Source: Candidatus Bathyarchaeota archaeon (GTDB lineage: Archaea > Thermoproteota > Bathyarchaeia > Bathyarchaeales > Bathycorpusculaceae). From it: a DNA stretch of 64,000 nt. Position numbers and translations under genes: made by a program. Below the pieces are notes generated by a model that saw only the letters and a program-made list of their open reading frames with translations, did no database searches and was not told the DNA's origin. Shown here piece after piece: positions 51,860 to 62,351 of the stretch. The stretch covers positions 448,001-512,000 of the forward strand of contig OY970340.1 in NCBI GenBank assembly GCA_963717465.1. Direction: 5' to 3'. How positions within the stretch are numbered: the stretch's first letter is position 1; every line of letters starts with the position of its first letter.

Positions 51860-53018
51860 TTAGATTTTGAAGTATTTGGCATAGAGTACAACACCGACTG
51901 CTAATATGGCAACGCATGACGCTGAAACTATTGTTGCATCAAACAATATTGTTGAACTGGTTATGGCTGCACCTCTAAGGAATAACGAAGTCAACGCATT
52001 AGTGACATAGTAGCTTGGGACAAAATTTCCAGCCACTTGAGCGCCCGATGATAATGAAGTTTCCGACGAATGTCCCAAGGAATAGTTGTGGAAGCACGAA
52101 TAGGAATGAGATTCCTGTTGCTGCGCCTGGGGATTTTGAGATTGTTGCTGTGATTAAGCCGAAGCCTATATTTGACAGCGAGAACAGCAAGACCAGTGCG
52201 AAAGTAAAGGCGTAGGTTGCTGATGTCTACTTCTGGTCTGAAGCCTAATAGGTATGTCATTGCAAACACTAAAGCTGCTTGTATTAATGCTATTCCCATG
52301 TAAGAGACAACTTGGCTTGCCATGAACTCTGTCGGTGTTGTTGGGGTTATTCGGATGCGTTTCATCATGCCGTTGTCTCGGTCTTGAGCGAAGGATTGTG
52401 CAACCATCATTATGAGGAATATTGAAGCGAACGTGAACATTCCTGGTGCTATGTAGTCAAGAGCTGTTACTGTCTTGACATCCACTAGTGAAGCAGTCTC
52501 TAAACTTAGTGGACTAACTGCTGTTTGTTGGGTTCGGCTTGTCATGGAGGCAAGCACCTGCTGTATTATCGGCGGTATTGCTTGTGTGGCAACAAGCGAG
52601 CCTTTATCTAAGTATAGTTGAACAGTTGTGTTTACCCAGCTGGTTGGGTTGCTTGGCGCATTTTGGTATGATGTTAGGCTTTGGCTGAAATCGGCTGGAA
52701 TTATCATTATGGCTTGGACTTTGCCTTGGGAAAGGTCAGTTTGTGCTGTTTGATTGTCAGCGTAGATTTGAATGTTAAGTATTTTCGTGGCGGTAAGAGA
52801 GTTGAGGAATAATTGGGAAGAGTTTGAAGTGGAGCTTTGGTCCAAGTTTACAACGCCGACATTGTATGTTGTAGTTCCAGAGCCAACGCCTCCGAAAGAA
52901 GGCCAAATGCAAGTACGAACATTATTGGGAACAGGAAAATCATGAAAAGTACTGCTGGTTCGCGGATTGTTTTTTTAAGTTCCTTTTTGGTTAGAGCCAA
53001 GATTCTTTGGGTCTTCAT
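51860..53018 (-). CDS. ABC-2 type permease (frameshifted)
   Basis: KKTIREPAVLFMIFLFP, R..G.MKRI..TP and P.YY...AL. Split across several ORFs. Confidence 0.8.
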
Positions 53019-53765
53019 TTATGCTTCCTCCCTGAGGGTTCTGCCAGTGAGTTTGATGAAGACTTCTTCCAAGCTTGCCACTTGATTCTTATTGATCAGT
53101 TCTTTGGGCGTGCCAAGCGCGATGAGTTTTCCGTGGTCTATTATGCCGACTCGGTTGCAGAGTTCTTCAGCTTCTTCCATGTTGTGAGTTGTCAAAATGA
53201 TGGTTTTGTTTTCTTTTTTCATTTCTTTAAGGAAGTCCCAAACTGCATGCCGAGATTGCGGGTCCATGGCAACCGTAGGCTCGTCCAAAAAGAGTATTTG
53301 TGGGTCATGAATCAAGGCGAGTATGAGGCTTAGCCTGCGTTTCATGCCGCCGCTATATTTGCCTGCTCGTTTCTTTGAGTCATCAGAAAGACCCATCTTC
53401 TCGAGCAGTAGGTTGCGTCTTTTGTTGAGCGTTGTTTTGTTCATTGTGTGGAGGTTTCCGAAGAGGTCAATGTTTTCTGCGCCTGTCAGGTAGGGGTAAA
53501 TTGCGGTTTCTTGGATGCAAACGCCGATTAATTCTTTGACTTTCACGGATTCTTTCTGTACGTCATACCCGCAAACTTTTGCCATGCCGTTCGTGGGTTT
53601 TATGAGCCCTGAGAGAATGCTTATGGTTGTAGTTTTGCCTGCTCCGTTTGGACCTAAAAGCCCGAAAAGTTCACCTTTTGCAACCAGCAAGTTAAGGTCA
53701 TCGAGAGCTGTTACGTCTTTGTATTTCTTTTCAAGATGCTCAATTATCAAATCTGATTTACTCAT
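53019..53765 (-). CDS. ABC exporter ATP-binding protein
   Basis: GPNGAGKTT, YSGGMKRR, LFLDEPT and TTH. Confidence 0.93.
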   Translation of the reverse strand: MSKSDLIIEHLEKKYKDVTALDDLNLLVAKGELFGLLGPNGAGKTTTISILSGLIKPTNGMAKVCGYDVQKESVKVKELIGVCIQETAIYPYLTGAENIDLFGNLHTMNKTTLNKRRNLLLEKMGLSDDSKKRAGKYSGGMKRRLSLILALIHDPQILFLDEPTVAMDPQSRHAVWDFLKEMKKENKTIILTTHNMEEAEELCNRVGIIDHGKLIALGTPKELINKNQVASLEEVFIKLTGRTLREEA

Positions 53766-53900
53766 TATTTGTCACTGCTTAATCAGTGTGTTTTGTGGAA
53801 TTTAGTTTCATTTCAACCTTTAAATTCAAAAAAGTGTCGAGAATTAGCTGGGAAATACCTTTTTATCACACGGTCGGTTCAAAAATGGAACTATTTCTGG

Positions 53901-54806
53901 TTAGATCTGGTCTCGCCAAGTATTGAAGACGTACCCTTTATACAAGATATTGGGTATAACTGATGCAACCATTGGTTCCTTCTCGAGATTTTCGACACAG
54001 ATTTCCAATTCATTCATGTTATTAGTCCAAACCGTGTAGAGTTAGGATGTTTGGAAGATTTGAATAACACCAATAAAACAAGTGTATTCGGCGCATACTT
54101 CTTTAGAATTTGATAAGGCACAACGCTCAAATCAGCATCAGGCTTCAAGTGGAGTTCAAGAAGAGTAATGATATCGTTTGATTTATCAGGATACCATTCT
54201 ATACTCAAATCGATTAAGATAATTCTTAATCATACGTTGAAGTCTGCGGCGAACTGTTTTTGCTGAAACACCTAACTCCTCTGCCACGTCAGAAACTGCT
54301 TTTCTTGAATTAACCTCTAAAGACCGAATAATTTTGTAATCTAAGTCGCATAAAGTTGCGTTAGTCATTTTCAGATTAGTCTGTATAAGATAATGGTGCA
54401 GCTGCCATGATGCCAACATGTTGGCTCAAGAATTCCCGCTTCTTTCTTCACAAAACTGACAAGGTCAGTTAATTCGTTTAGACTTCTGAAGATAAGCACC
54501 AATGATAAAGGAATTTTCCGCCGCCAATCGCAAGCCAATAAATCGAACCTTGAGCTTTTAGCTTATCAGGCAAATCCTGAAATGACCCCAATTGAGAAGT
54601 CCCGTAAACAAAAACCACTACCGACCTTTACTGCAAACAAGCTCACTTTAGCGGTAAACTTGCTTATCACACCCTTCTCGATGAGCAGTTGAATTCTCTT
54701 ATGCACGGCATTCACAGACAAGTTAAGCTTCTTTGCCAACTCAGCGTAGGAAAGCCTTGAGTTGACGCGACAAAAGCATAAGCAGACTCATATCCGTCTT
54801 ATCCAT
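53901..54806 (-). CDS. Double-HTH Lrp/AsnC regulator (multiply frameshifted)
   Basis: MDKTD...NSRLSYAELAKKLNLSVNAVHKRI and a second HTH, DYKII.SL..NSRK..DVAEELGVSAKTVRRRL. Confidence 0.7.
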
Positions 54807-55004
54807 GCAGCATCCAAACAACTCTTAAAGAGTAAGATGCTTAAAGATTTAAGCCCTAAAAGAAATTTCTAATAAAAATTGTTCGAAAAAACTGTGCTTT
54901 TCATACCGGGCACGAAAATGTGAACAAATAGGAAATAGTGAATGCTGCCGGAAAACCTTTCGATTTCGGTTATTTGATGCACAAAAAGCTCTTTCGAAGA
55001 AGGG

Positions 55005-55401
55005 TTATTTAATGTCGCCTAGCGTTGAAACGGTTATTGAGGGTCTTATTTTTTTGATTAGGCGTGAATCCTCGCTTATTAGTTGCAGTTCTTTGGCCTT
55101 AGCGAAGTTAACGTATGCTGCATCGTAAAATGTAATCTTTGCTCGTAGTGCAGTGTCCAATATTTCTTCTTCATTATTGGCTATCGAATAGAACGTCTAA
55201 TATGTTTAATGTATGCTTGATTGTTCTTAACATCATTTTTAATTCTGGCTCCGTAATCTTGCCTTGTAACGAATATTCTTTCCATGCAATATTTCCCAGT
55301 TCATACCTTGCTAGTTCCAATGTATAGTTTCCAGCCAAAACCTCAATCGTGTTCTCTTTAATGGCTCTAAAAATGGCTGAGGAATCAAATAAGTACTTCA
55401 T
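55005..55401 (-). CDS. vapC: VapC PIN-domain toxin (frameshift near 55190)
   Basis: YLFDSSA, YELGN..WK, then ITFYDAAY..ISED in a shifted frame. Confidence 0.85.
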
Positions 55402-55628
55402 CTACTATCCCTATCTTCCCGTATACCCTTCACTATGTCCTCCACGCTTACTTTCTCAAGAACGAGTTTTAACTTGCGTATTTCTTCTTTGAGTTCTTCC
55501 ATTTCCCTTTTTTTCACTTCATCTTCGAGCGCTTTTCGCAAAATTTTGGATGGCTTAATCTTGAAGCGCCGCATTTTTTCTTTGAGTTGTTTAGAAATTT
55601 TTGCGGAAACTGTTACAGATTGCGTCAA
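55398..55628 (-). CDS. vapB: VapB-type antitoxin (RHH)
   Basis: VTVSAKI..QLKE, S.ILRKALEDEV and IREDRDSR. 4-nt overlap with vapC. Confidence 0.82.
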   Translation of the reverse strand: MTQSVTVSAKISKQLKEKMRRFKIKPSKILRKALEDEVKKREMEELKEEIRKLKLVLEKVSVEDIVKGIREDRDSR

Positions 55629-55742
55629 ACTTCACACCAAAAAGTAGTATTTAAAAATGAGATAAAAAATTTCTATAAAAAGTAGTAATTCTGGATAGCC
55701 CTACTATTTTATTATTAAGCAAATCCCATTGACGATTGAAGG

Positions 55743-56486
55743 CTAAAGTAGCTGTCCCTTTTCCCAATAGTAAAGGAACAGGTCTTTTATCCAGCTGTGG
55801 AAGGTGGAATCATCGCCGAAGAACCCTGCGTAGTCCATTTTTCCTCCAATCTGGCGAAAACATATTCCAGCCATCTGCTCAGTGAGTGCAATTACCGCAG
55901 GAATGTCAAACAAGCCTCGAGCTTCAACGTTCTTCGGAGTTCCAGGCTGGCTTACGACGGGCAGAAGTTTTGTCGGAATAAGCATTTTGATTTGGATTCC
56001 TTTTTGAACCTGCTGATTCATTATGGGGATCATCTTGTCCGGAATGGTACCTTCGCCTGTAGCCCAAATGTACTGTTTAGCTTCAGTAAACCATTTTTCG
56101 CCCTTATTCAAGCTTCCAATTGTATCTGTTTCCAACTGGGCTTCTTCAAGTTCGCCTATCCTATTAACGAATTGGTTGGGAAGCCTCATCAAATCATGTG
56201 TCGAAAAATACTCTCGATGTTTAGAGACGAAATCTAAGGATGCTGAAATCTGAAGCACGATTTTGCCATATTCCCCAAGAGTAAATGTGCCGTCAGGCTG
56301 CTTCTGAACAAGCAAAGTGGAACTCAACCGCTCTAGCTGCCGAAAAGCCTCCGTTGGAGTAACTTTAAGTCGACGAGAAATTTCCTGCATCTTCAAATTC
56401 TGCTTCTGCAACTCCCTCAGAATACAAAGTCTGCTTTCACTTGCCAACTCGAAAAATAACTTTTCCAAACCTAACCCTTCGCTCAA
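55743..56486 (-). CDS. ArsR-like wHTH regulator with DUF1724-like C domain
   Basis: LASESRL.IL.EL, HDL..LP..F..RIGEL and W..DLF.YYW. Confidence 0.78.
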   Translation of the reverse strand: MSEGLGLEKLFFELASESRLCILRELQKQNLKMQEISRRLKVTPTEAFRQLERLSSTLLVQKQPDGTFTLGEYGKIVLQISASLDFVSKHREYFSTHDLMRLPNQFVNRIGELEEAQLETDTIGSLNKGEKWFTEAKQYIWATGEGTIPDKMIPIMNQQVQKGIQIKMLIPTKLLPVVSQPGTPKNVEARGLFDIPAVIALTEQMAGICFRQIGGKMDYAGFFGDDSTFHSWIKDLFLYYWEKGQLL

Positions 56487-56589
56487 ACCTTTTCACCAAT
56501 GAATTTTTGATTCCAATACTTACTTTTTAGCATCCTAATCAAATAAAACTAATCATTACTTCCCGACTATTAAAAAGCAGGGAAGAAAA

Positions 56590-56847
56590 ATGGAAAGCAA
56601 CAAAGAACGGTTTTTCTCTGTCGAGTTAAAGTCCAAGCGAAACCTGAAAAATATCTCATTAACCAATGGATCGAGTGATAGTGTACTTCTTGAAGGAAAC
56701 CTTGGTGAACTCGTGCAGGCTAGGTTTGCAGAAGGCATAATTCTGGAAATTATTGGAAAAAACGGAATATTCAGAGTCGACTTAAGAGAAGAAGAGCTCA
56801 AAAGAACTTCCTTGAAGAATCAAATCGAGGGAAAAATCAATGAGTAA
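56590..56847 (+). CDS. Hypothetical protein
   Basis: Clean ORF, first gene of a + strand operon divergent from the regulator. Confidence 0.6.
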   Translation: MESNKERFFSVELKSKRNLKNISLTNGSSDSVLLEGNLGELVQARFAEGIILEIIGKNGIFRVDLREEELKRTSLKNQIEGKINE

Positions 56848-57589
56848 CTTTGGCACAAGGTCCAAAATCATTTGCCGAGTCGGTGCATTAGCTGCTTTGA
56901 TTGCCGCTTTGGGCTTTAGAAGAAATATGGGTGCAGAAATGACGATGTTCTTCGGGGCAACGCCGACGGCTGCTTCTGGCTGGTTCACGCTGCTTCAGGA
57001 TAATCCTTTACTTGGAATAATTTCCCTCAATTTTTTTGACATCATCAATTATGCCCTAGTCAGCATTATGTTTGTTGCCCTTTTCTTTGCGCTTAGAAAG
57101 ACCAGGCAAGGCTTAGCGGCGAGTTTGTTGTGCTTAGGGGGGTTCATTGTTTACGTTGTTTCAGACACCTCTTTTGAGATGGTTTCCCTAAGCAACAAAT
57201 ATGCAACTGCATCAACGGCAGCACAAAAATCCGCATTATTAGCGGCGGGACAAGCGATACTTGCGAAAGGCGTTCCTGGCGCAGGCTATGAAGGCATAGG
57301 CGGCGTTGTCAGCATGTTGCTCATCGCTGTTGCCGGCTTAATAATCTCGATCGCTATACTTCAGAGCAAAATCTTCAACAGAATAACTGGTTATTTGGGA
57401 ATCATTGCAAGCGTCTTTGACTTGGTTTACCTTATGAGCTTAGGGTCTTTACCAGTTACGAGCGTTCTCTGGTCCAGCATACTTGTTGGCGGTGCAGGCT
57501 TACTGTTGACGGTTTGGCATATCTTGATTGGAATAAGACTCTACCGTCTAAGCAACATGCCTAATATCAAAGTAGGTGTTAACCCATGA
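56840..57589 (+). CDS. Multi-pass membrane protein (DUF4386-like)
   Basis: About 6 hydrophobic segments. Confidence 0.65.
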   Translation: MSNFGTRSKIICRVGALAALIAALGFRRNMGAEMTMFFGATPTAASGWFTLLQDNPLLGIISLNFFDIINYALVSIMFVALFFALRKTRQGLAASLLCLGGFIVYVVSDTSFEMVSLSNKYATASTAAQKSALLAAGQAILAKGVPGAGYEGIGGVVSMLLIAVAGLIISIAILQSKIFNRITGYLGIIASVFDLVYLMSLGSLPVTSVLWSSILVGGAGLLLTVWHILIGIRLYRLSNMPNIKVGVNP

Positions 57590-58220
57590 ATAAAGCATTG
57601 ATTGTTCTACGGAACTCGTTACGGAGCGACAGAGAGCACATCTGAAGAGATCGCAAAAACCCTTCGAAAAGAAGGCATTGAAGTTCGGGTTGTCAACGCT
57701 AAACGGGAAAAAGTCAAAGACATAAATGAATATGACCTTATCATTGTTGGCGGTGGCATCCAACTTAACCGTTGGACTGCTGAACCCGAAAACTTCCTTA
57801 GAAAATTTCAAGCAAAACTTGCAACGAAGAAGCTTGCACTTTTTGTTCTGCTGCGGTTCCGCTATTGGGAAACTACCTGTGGTGAAGCCTTCGTCTCCTC
57901 CACCTGATAACTGGTTGGTAAACAAGATGCCATGGGCACGTTTAGCAAATGATGATCCAGTTGTAATGGCTAGGCAGAATTATCTTGAGGAAAAAGCAGC
58001 CAAATACAATCAACACCCTATTGCTCTGGGCTTGTTCGGAGGCGTCTACAACTATAACAAGCTACCATGGTACCTTAAGAAAGCAGCAGAAGCAGATCGA
58101 CCTCGAATAGAAGCCGCCATAAAGGAAACACAGCCTGGAGTCTATGATACAAGAGACTGGAATACCATCCGAGAATGGGCAGAGGAACTAGCTAAAACTG
58201 TGAACTCTCCTAAAAGGTAA
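57586..58220 (+). CDS. Flavodoxin-domain (HemG-like) protein (frameshifted)
   Basis: YGTRYGAT, YDLIIVGGGI, FGG and DTRDWNTIREWA. Confidence 0.8.
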
Positions 58221-58315
58221 AATAACTCGCTCTATGCTCGACTCAAAATCAAATGAATATAAAAAGATAAATTAAAAAAGAAAAAGGGGGTTGTGTTTAG
58301 CGTGTTGCTATTTTT

Positions 58316-60598
58316 TTAACCAGCTATTTTTTTACGCATCACCATGATGCTTGCGACGGCTGCTACGGCTGCGATTATTGCAAATATTGCTGCTATGTAT
58401 GCGGCTGTTGTTGCTGAATTGTTATTTGTGTTATTAGTTGAGAGGTTAGAAACGTTAGTTTGAACGTTTCCAACATCAGTCTTTAGAGTTGCAATGCCAT
58501 TACTAATTGAGATAACAGTCGCATTTATCGAGCTAAGAGAAGTTTGAATAGTACCGACACTAGTCCGCAAAGTAGCAAGACCATTACTAATTGAGATAAC
58601 AGTCGCATTTATCGAGCTAAGAGAAGTTTGAATAGTACCGACACTAGTCTGCAAAGTAGCAATGCCATCACTAATCGAAGTAACAGTCGCATCAATTGAG
58701 CTAAGAGATGTCTGAATAGCTCCGAAACTTGTCTGCAAAGTAGCGAAACCATTACTAACCGAGGTAAGCTCAGCGTTTAAGCTTGAGAGTGTGTCCATGG
58801 TTATGGTTGCTTGTGGCAGTGACATTGTTCCAGCGCCGATCTGTATAGTGTAGACGCCTGGTTCTAGAACTGGAAGGATGAAGCCAGGGATTAAGTTGTC
58901 AGTAGTTGAGAGTGTTCCGTTACCGTTGAATGTCCATGCAGCTATTTGTGTAGTGTAGCCGTTGTCGTTCATTGCGTCAGTGCCGTTGATTGCGAATACG
59001 GATATTGATCCTGATGTTATTGAGTTGCCTGTTGAGTAAATACTCTCTACGGATTGGGCTTGTACTATTGTTGGAGTAACGATCATGCCGGGGACGACTG
59101 TGAAAGTGCCTGCTGCTGTTTCGAGTTGTGCATCAGTAGCTGAAACTGCGTATGCGCCAGCTGCTACGTTCGGGAAGATAAAGTTAGTGCTGAAATAGCC
59201 ATTGTTATCGGTTGTAACATTTTGGACTGGCAAGTCATATGTGCCGTGTTGGTTGTAGTATGATGTATAGCTTAGGACGTTGAGGACTTTAATTGTCACT
59301 GATGAGTCTGGCGTGAAGCCGTATCCTGTAACAGTTACAGTAGTTCCAAGGCTTTTGTTATCAATTTTAAGAATTGTTCCAGAAACTATGCCGTTTGAGC
59401 CAGCAGTTGTGTAGTAGCCAACGGTGCCGTTATTTGGGCTGATCGTGATGAATATGCCAATCTGGAATAGGGCTGAAGCAGTGTTTTGTGAAGCATCAGT
59501 TGCACGTACTATGTGACCGCCTATGGCAGTGCTTGTGACAGTGAATGTTGCAGTATAGTATCCAGTTTTGTCGGTAGAGACAGTGTCGTTGACAATAGAT
59601 CCATCGAAAGTAAGTGTTACAAGTGAGTTACTTGCAAAACCCGACCCTGTAACAGTAACTACATCGTTAAGTTTACCGTGGTCAGGGGTTAAGGTAATTT
59701 CTGGAGATACCAAGTAGTAGCCTAAGAATGTGTGGTTGCCATTGATGTCAGTAACGACAATATTGTACGAGCCACCGGGTAGCTTTGGAAGCACAACAGT
59801 TGAAGAGAAGTCTCCAGTCGCGCTAGTTGAAGTAGAACCAATTGTTGCAATGTAGCTTAATGAGGTCTGTTGACTAATGAAAGTTATTGCAGATATTAGA
59901 CTGCTTGCTGCGAAGCCTGCACCAGTTATCGTAGTTGTTGTTCCGACATCGCCATTACCAGAGATGGGATTTACTGTTATTCCAGGAATTATCTGGAAGG
60001 TAGCGCTTGCACTGTTAGACTGTGCATCTGTGCCCGTTATAGAGTAAACGCCTGTAGATAAGTCAGGTACGGTTATGGAATCAAGTGTACAGCTTCCTTG
60101 AGCGTCTGCAGTTGCAGTGCCTAAAGTAGTTCCCGCTAACTTAAAGGTGACGACACTGTTTGCAGCAAAGCCTGTTCCAGTGAGATCAATAGTTGATCCA
60201 CTGATTGAGGTAGGCGCAAGTTTTGTTGGACTAACAATTATGGCTGGCTGGATAGGCAAGTTTGCACTTACTATCGCGTTGTTGCTTGTGTCAACTGCAG
60301 TGATGTTGTAAATACCACATGGAGTTTCGGGAATTGTAATTGTTGTAGAGAAGCTGCCGCCTATTGGTGCAGTAACTGTTGTCAGCAAGGACCCATTCAT
60401 GAAAATATCAACGATTGCTAAGTTATTTGCAGAACCACTGATTGTCACTGGTGACCCAACGTACGCTGTAGACGGAGTAATGGTTAAATTTGTTATAGCA
60501 TGTGCAGTCAGGATAGTTGAGATCGTCATGATAACAAGAATTGCTAGAATGAAACTCGCTACAATTTTTTTGTTGAATAATTTATTGTTCATTTGCAT
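58316..60598 (-). CDS. Surface/S-layer-like protein: signal peptide, about 5 Ig-like repeats, heptad stalk, C-terminal TM anchor
   Basis: Repeated P..G..G..VTVTG.GF..NS motifs; Ser/Thr/Asn-rich with many NxS/T sequons; ends AAIFAIIAAVAAVASIMVMRKKIAG. Confidence 0.85.
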   Translation of the reverse strand: MQMNNKLFNKKIVASFILAILVIMTISTILTAHAITNLTITPSTAYVGSPVTISGSANNLAIVDIFMNGSLLTTVTAPIGGSFSTTITIPETPCGIYNITAVDTSNNAIVSANLPIQPAIIVSPTKLAPTSISGSTIDLTGTGFAANSVVTFKLAGTTLGTATADAQGSCTLDSITVPDLSTGVYSITGTDAQSNSASATFQIIPGITVNPISGNGDVGTTTTITGAGFAASSLISAITFISQQTSLSYIATIGSTSTSATGDFSSTVVLPKLPGGSYNIVVTDINGNHTFLGYYLVSPEITLTPDHGKLNDVVTVTGSGFASNSLVTLTFDGSIVNDTVSTDKTGYYTATFTVTSTAIGGHIVRATDASQNTASALFQIGIFITISPNNGTVGYYTTAGSNGIVSGTILKIDNKSLGTTVTVTGYGFTPDSSVTIKVLNVLSYTSYYNQHGTYDLPVQNVTTDNNGYFSTNFIFPNVAAGAYAVSATDAQLETAAGTFTVVPGMIVTPTIVQAQSVESIYSTGNSITSGSISVFAINGTDAMNDNGYTTQIAAWTFNGNGTLSTTDNLIPGFILPVLEPGVYTIQIGAGTMSLPQATITMDTLSSLNAELTSVSNGFATLQTSFGAIQTSLSSIDATVTSISDGIATLQTSVGTIQTSLSSINATVISISNGLATLRTSVGTIQTSLSSINATVISISNGIATLKTDVGNVQTNVSNLSTNNTNNNSATTAAYIAAIFAIIAAVAAVASIMVMRKKIAG
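58454..58789 (-). repeat. Four tandem 84-bp (28-aa) repeats
   Basis: LSSINATVISISNGIATLQTSVGTIQTS-like unit; CCATTACTAATTGAGATAAC recurs at 58497 and 58581. Confidence 0.9.
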
Positions 60599-60661
60599 TT
60601 TTCTTACTTCCTTGTTTTTTCGGTAGTGGCAGGTAAGCGATAAATTGATATTTAAAAATGA

Positions 60662-60719
60662 TGTAAACAATCCAATTTTAAAATTACATTTGTGCACATT
60701 CCACAATATAATGTGCACA
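60662..60719. promoter_or_regulatory. TGTGCACA palindromic boxes upstream of the surface protein gene
   Basis: TGTGCACA at 60691 and 60712 (21-bp spacing); TGTAAACA at 60662. Confidence 0.55.
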
Positions 60720-60739
60720 TTGCATAATTTAATGCGATA

Positions 60740-61312
60740 TTAATAATTAAACTCCATTGCTATTATGCCTTTGCAGTAGTCCGTTTTGTTGGTTTGATAT
60801 CTCATGCCATGCATCACACCGTCAATGAACTTTACAAGGGATTCTGTATCTTCAAGCGAAAGCACGCTAGAAACACATATTAATTTTATAAAATCCTTAT
60901 GGAAAGTTACATTGACTTCACTTAGGCTCCAACATGTAGCTAAAAGAAATTCCCTGAAGCCTTCGACTGGATCATTAAATTTCTCCTTGATATATTTGCC
61001 ATACCAAACGCCGCTATCATACCATTTTGAAAGAAAAGTCTCCTTGTCTTCATCGTAAGCTTTGTGAGTCAAATAGGTCAAAACATCCAGCGGAACAAAA
61101 TCGCCGCCAAGAAGCTTGTAAGATCGTGAGAGTTCACATAAATTTTCAAGTTCATTTGAAGTGACGCCTAAAGAGTTCATTTGGACAGCAAGTTTTAGGG
61201 CATCTTCAATAAACTTGTTTGGTGATGAGTTGGCTTTAACGGATGCTTCTATAGCTTGTGCTAAAACATCCTCAGAGATAGCGACTAATTTTTTGTTGCG
61301 ACTTTTAGACAC
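60740..61312 (-). CDS. RHH-like N-terminus + V4R-like C-terminal domain protein
   Basis: KKLVAISEDVL...A...S..KFIEDAL and WYDSGVWYGKY. Confidence 0.6.
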   Translation of the reverse strand: MSKSRNKKLVAISEDVLAQAIEASVKANSSPNKFIEDALKLAVQMNSLGVTSNELENLCELSRSYKLLGGDFVPLDVLTYLTHKAYDEDKETFLSKWYDSGVWYGKYIKEKFNDPVEGFREFLLATCWSLSEVNVTFHKDFIKLICVSSVLSLEDTESLVKFIDGVMHGMRYQTNKTDYCKGIIAMEFNY

Positions 61313-61318
61313 GCTATT

Positions 61319-61948
61319 TTACTCCTTTATAATTTCCATGCGAATAATGCCGCGATTAATTTCAAGATAGACTAATTTGTACATGAAAGTCTCAACAGCA
61401 CCCTTAATAAAAGATCCAAGTAAATGGGTGTATGAATCCGAAAAACGAGGGCTCAAAACACGCACGGATAAATGTGAACCAACTCTGTTGATTTGCATTT
61501 CAGGAACATTCCAAAATAAAACGGATAAATCTGATAAATCCTTCATTAAGTTTTCATACGGGTTTTCAACATCGCTTAGGATGTACCGCTTAGCGAACCA
61601 AACACCCGCATCATGCCAACTTTTCAAAGTGACTTCTTTTTTCTCTTTATAGGCGATGTCAGCCATTTCATACCAGAGGTTTTCAGGCCCTAAAGTTAAA
61701 CCAAGTCTTTTAGCATTTGCTTCCACTTGACGTTCTTCGACGACTTTTTTTAAGTTTAAACTTAAAGCTTCAGCTGTAAGTGCTAATTCGAAAAGGTCAT
61801 TCACTGTTCCGTATAGACTGTGTCCTCTTTTTTTAGCAATATAACTTAAGCTTTCTATCAAGTCTTCCCGGCAAACGAACGTCTTTCTTTTAGCAGAAAT
61901 ACTCTTTCTGCTTGAGTACAAATCCGAATTCGTCGCCACGGATTTCAT
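61319..61948 (-). CDS. Paralogue of the neighbouring RHH/V4R-like protein
   Basis: RKTFVCREDLI..L..IAKKRG.SLY..VN and WHDAGVWFAKRY. Confidence 0.6.
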   Translation of the reverse strand: MKSVATNSDLYSSRKSISAKRKTFVCREDLIESLSYIAKKRGHSLYGTVNDLFELALTAEALSLNLKKVVEERQVEANAKRLGLTLGPENLWYEMADIAYKEKKEVTLKSWHDAGVWFAKRYILSDVENPYENLMKDLSDLSVLFWNVPEMQINRVGSHLSVRVLSPRFSDSYTHLLGSFIKGAVETFMYKLVYLEINRGIIRMEIIKE

Positions 61949-62351
61949 GAAGATGTTTGAACTCCATTAACCCCTCAAGCAAGGGCTAGGATTAATAGCT
62001 GAGATAAAAACGTACAATTTAAAAATTATGTACACTTAAAGCTATCTAGAATAGTGATTGTACACACTGCGAACACCAGTTAATTCATAATGCAAACTTG
62101 TAAAAAAAAATGTTTTTGACCACCCGCCTCATAATAGAAATTTTTGTTTTTCTTGTGATTTTCGTTATTGACACATTGTCGACGCAAATTTTGTATGCTC
62201 TCAGTGGGCTGAAACTTTTTTCAGATAGGCAGAAGATTGGTAACAAATTAGAAACCACTTTGTTTATAAGTGACAATGTACTCATAGTAACTATGTTACT
62301 ATTGGTAACTTTGTTACTAAAGGTAAAAAACCAAAAAGACAAGGAAGTTAA

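Noticed and set aside
58454..58789. CRISPR-like array
   Set aside because: The repeats are contiguous 84-bp in-frame coding units with no unique spacers, and there are no cas genes.
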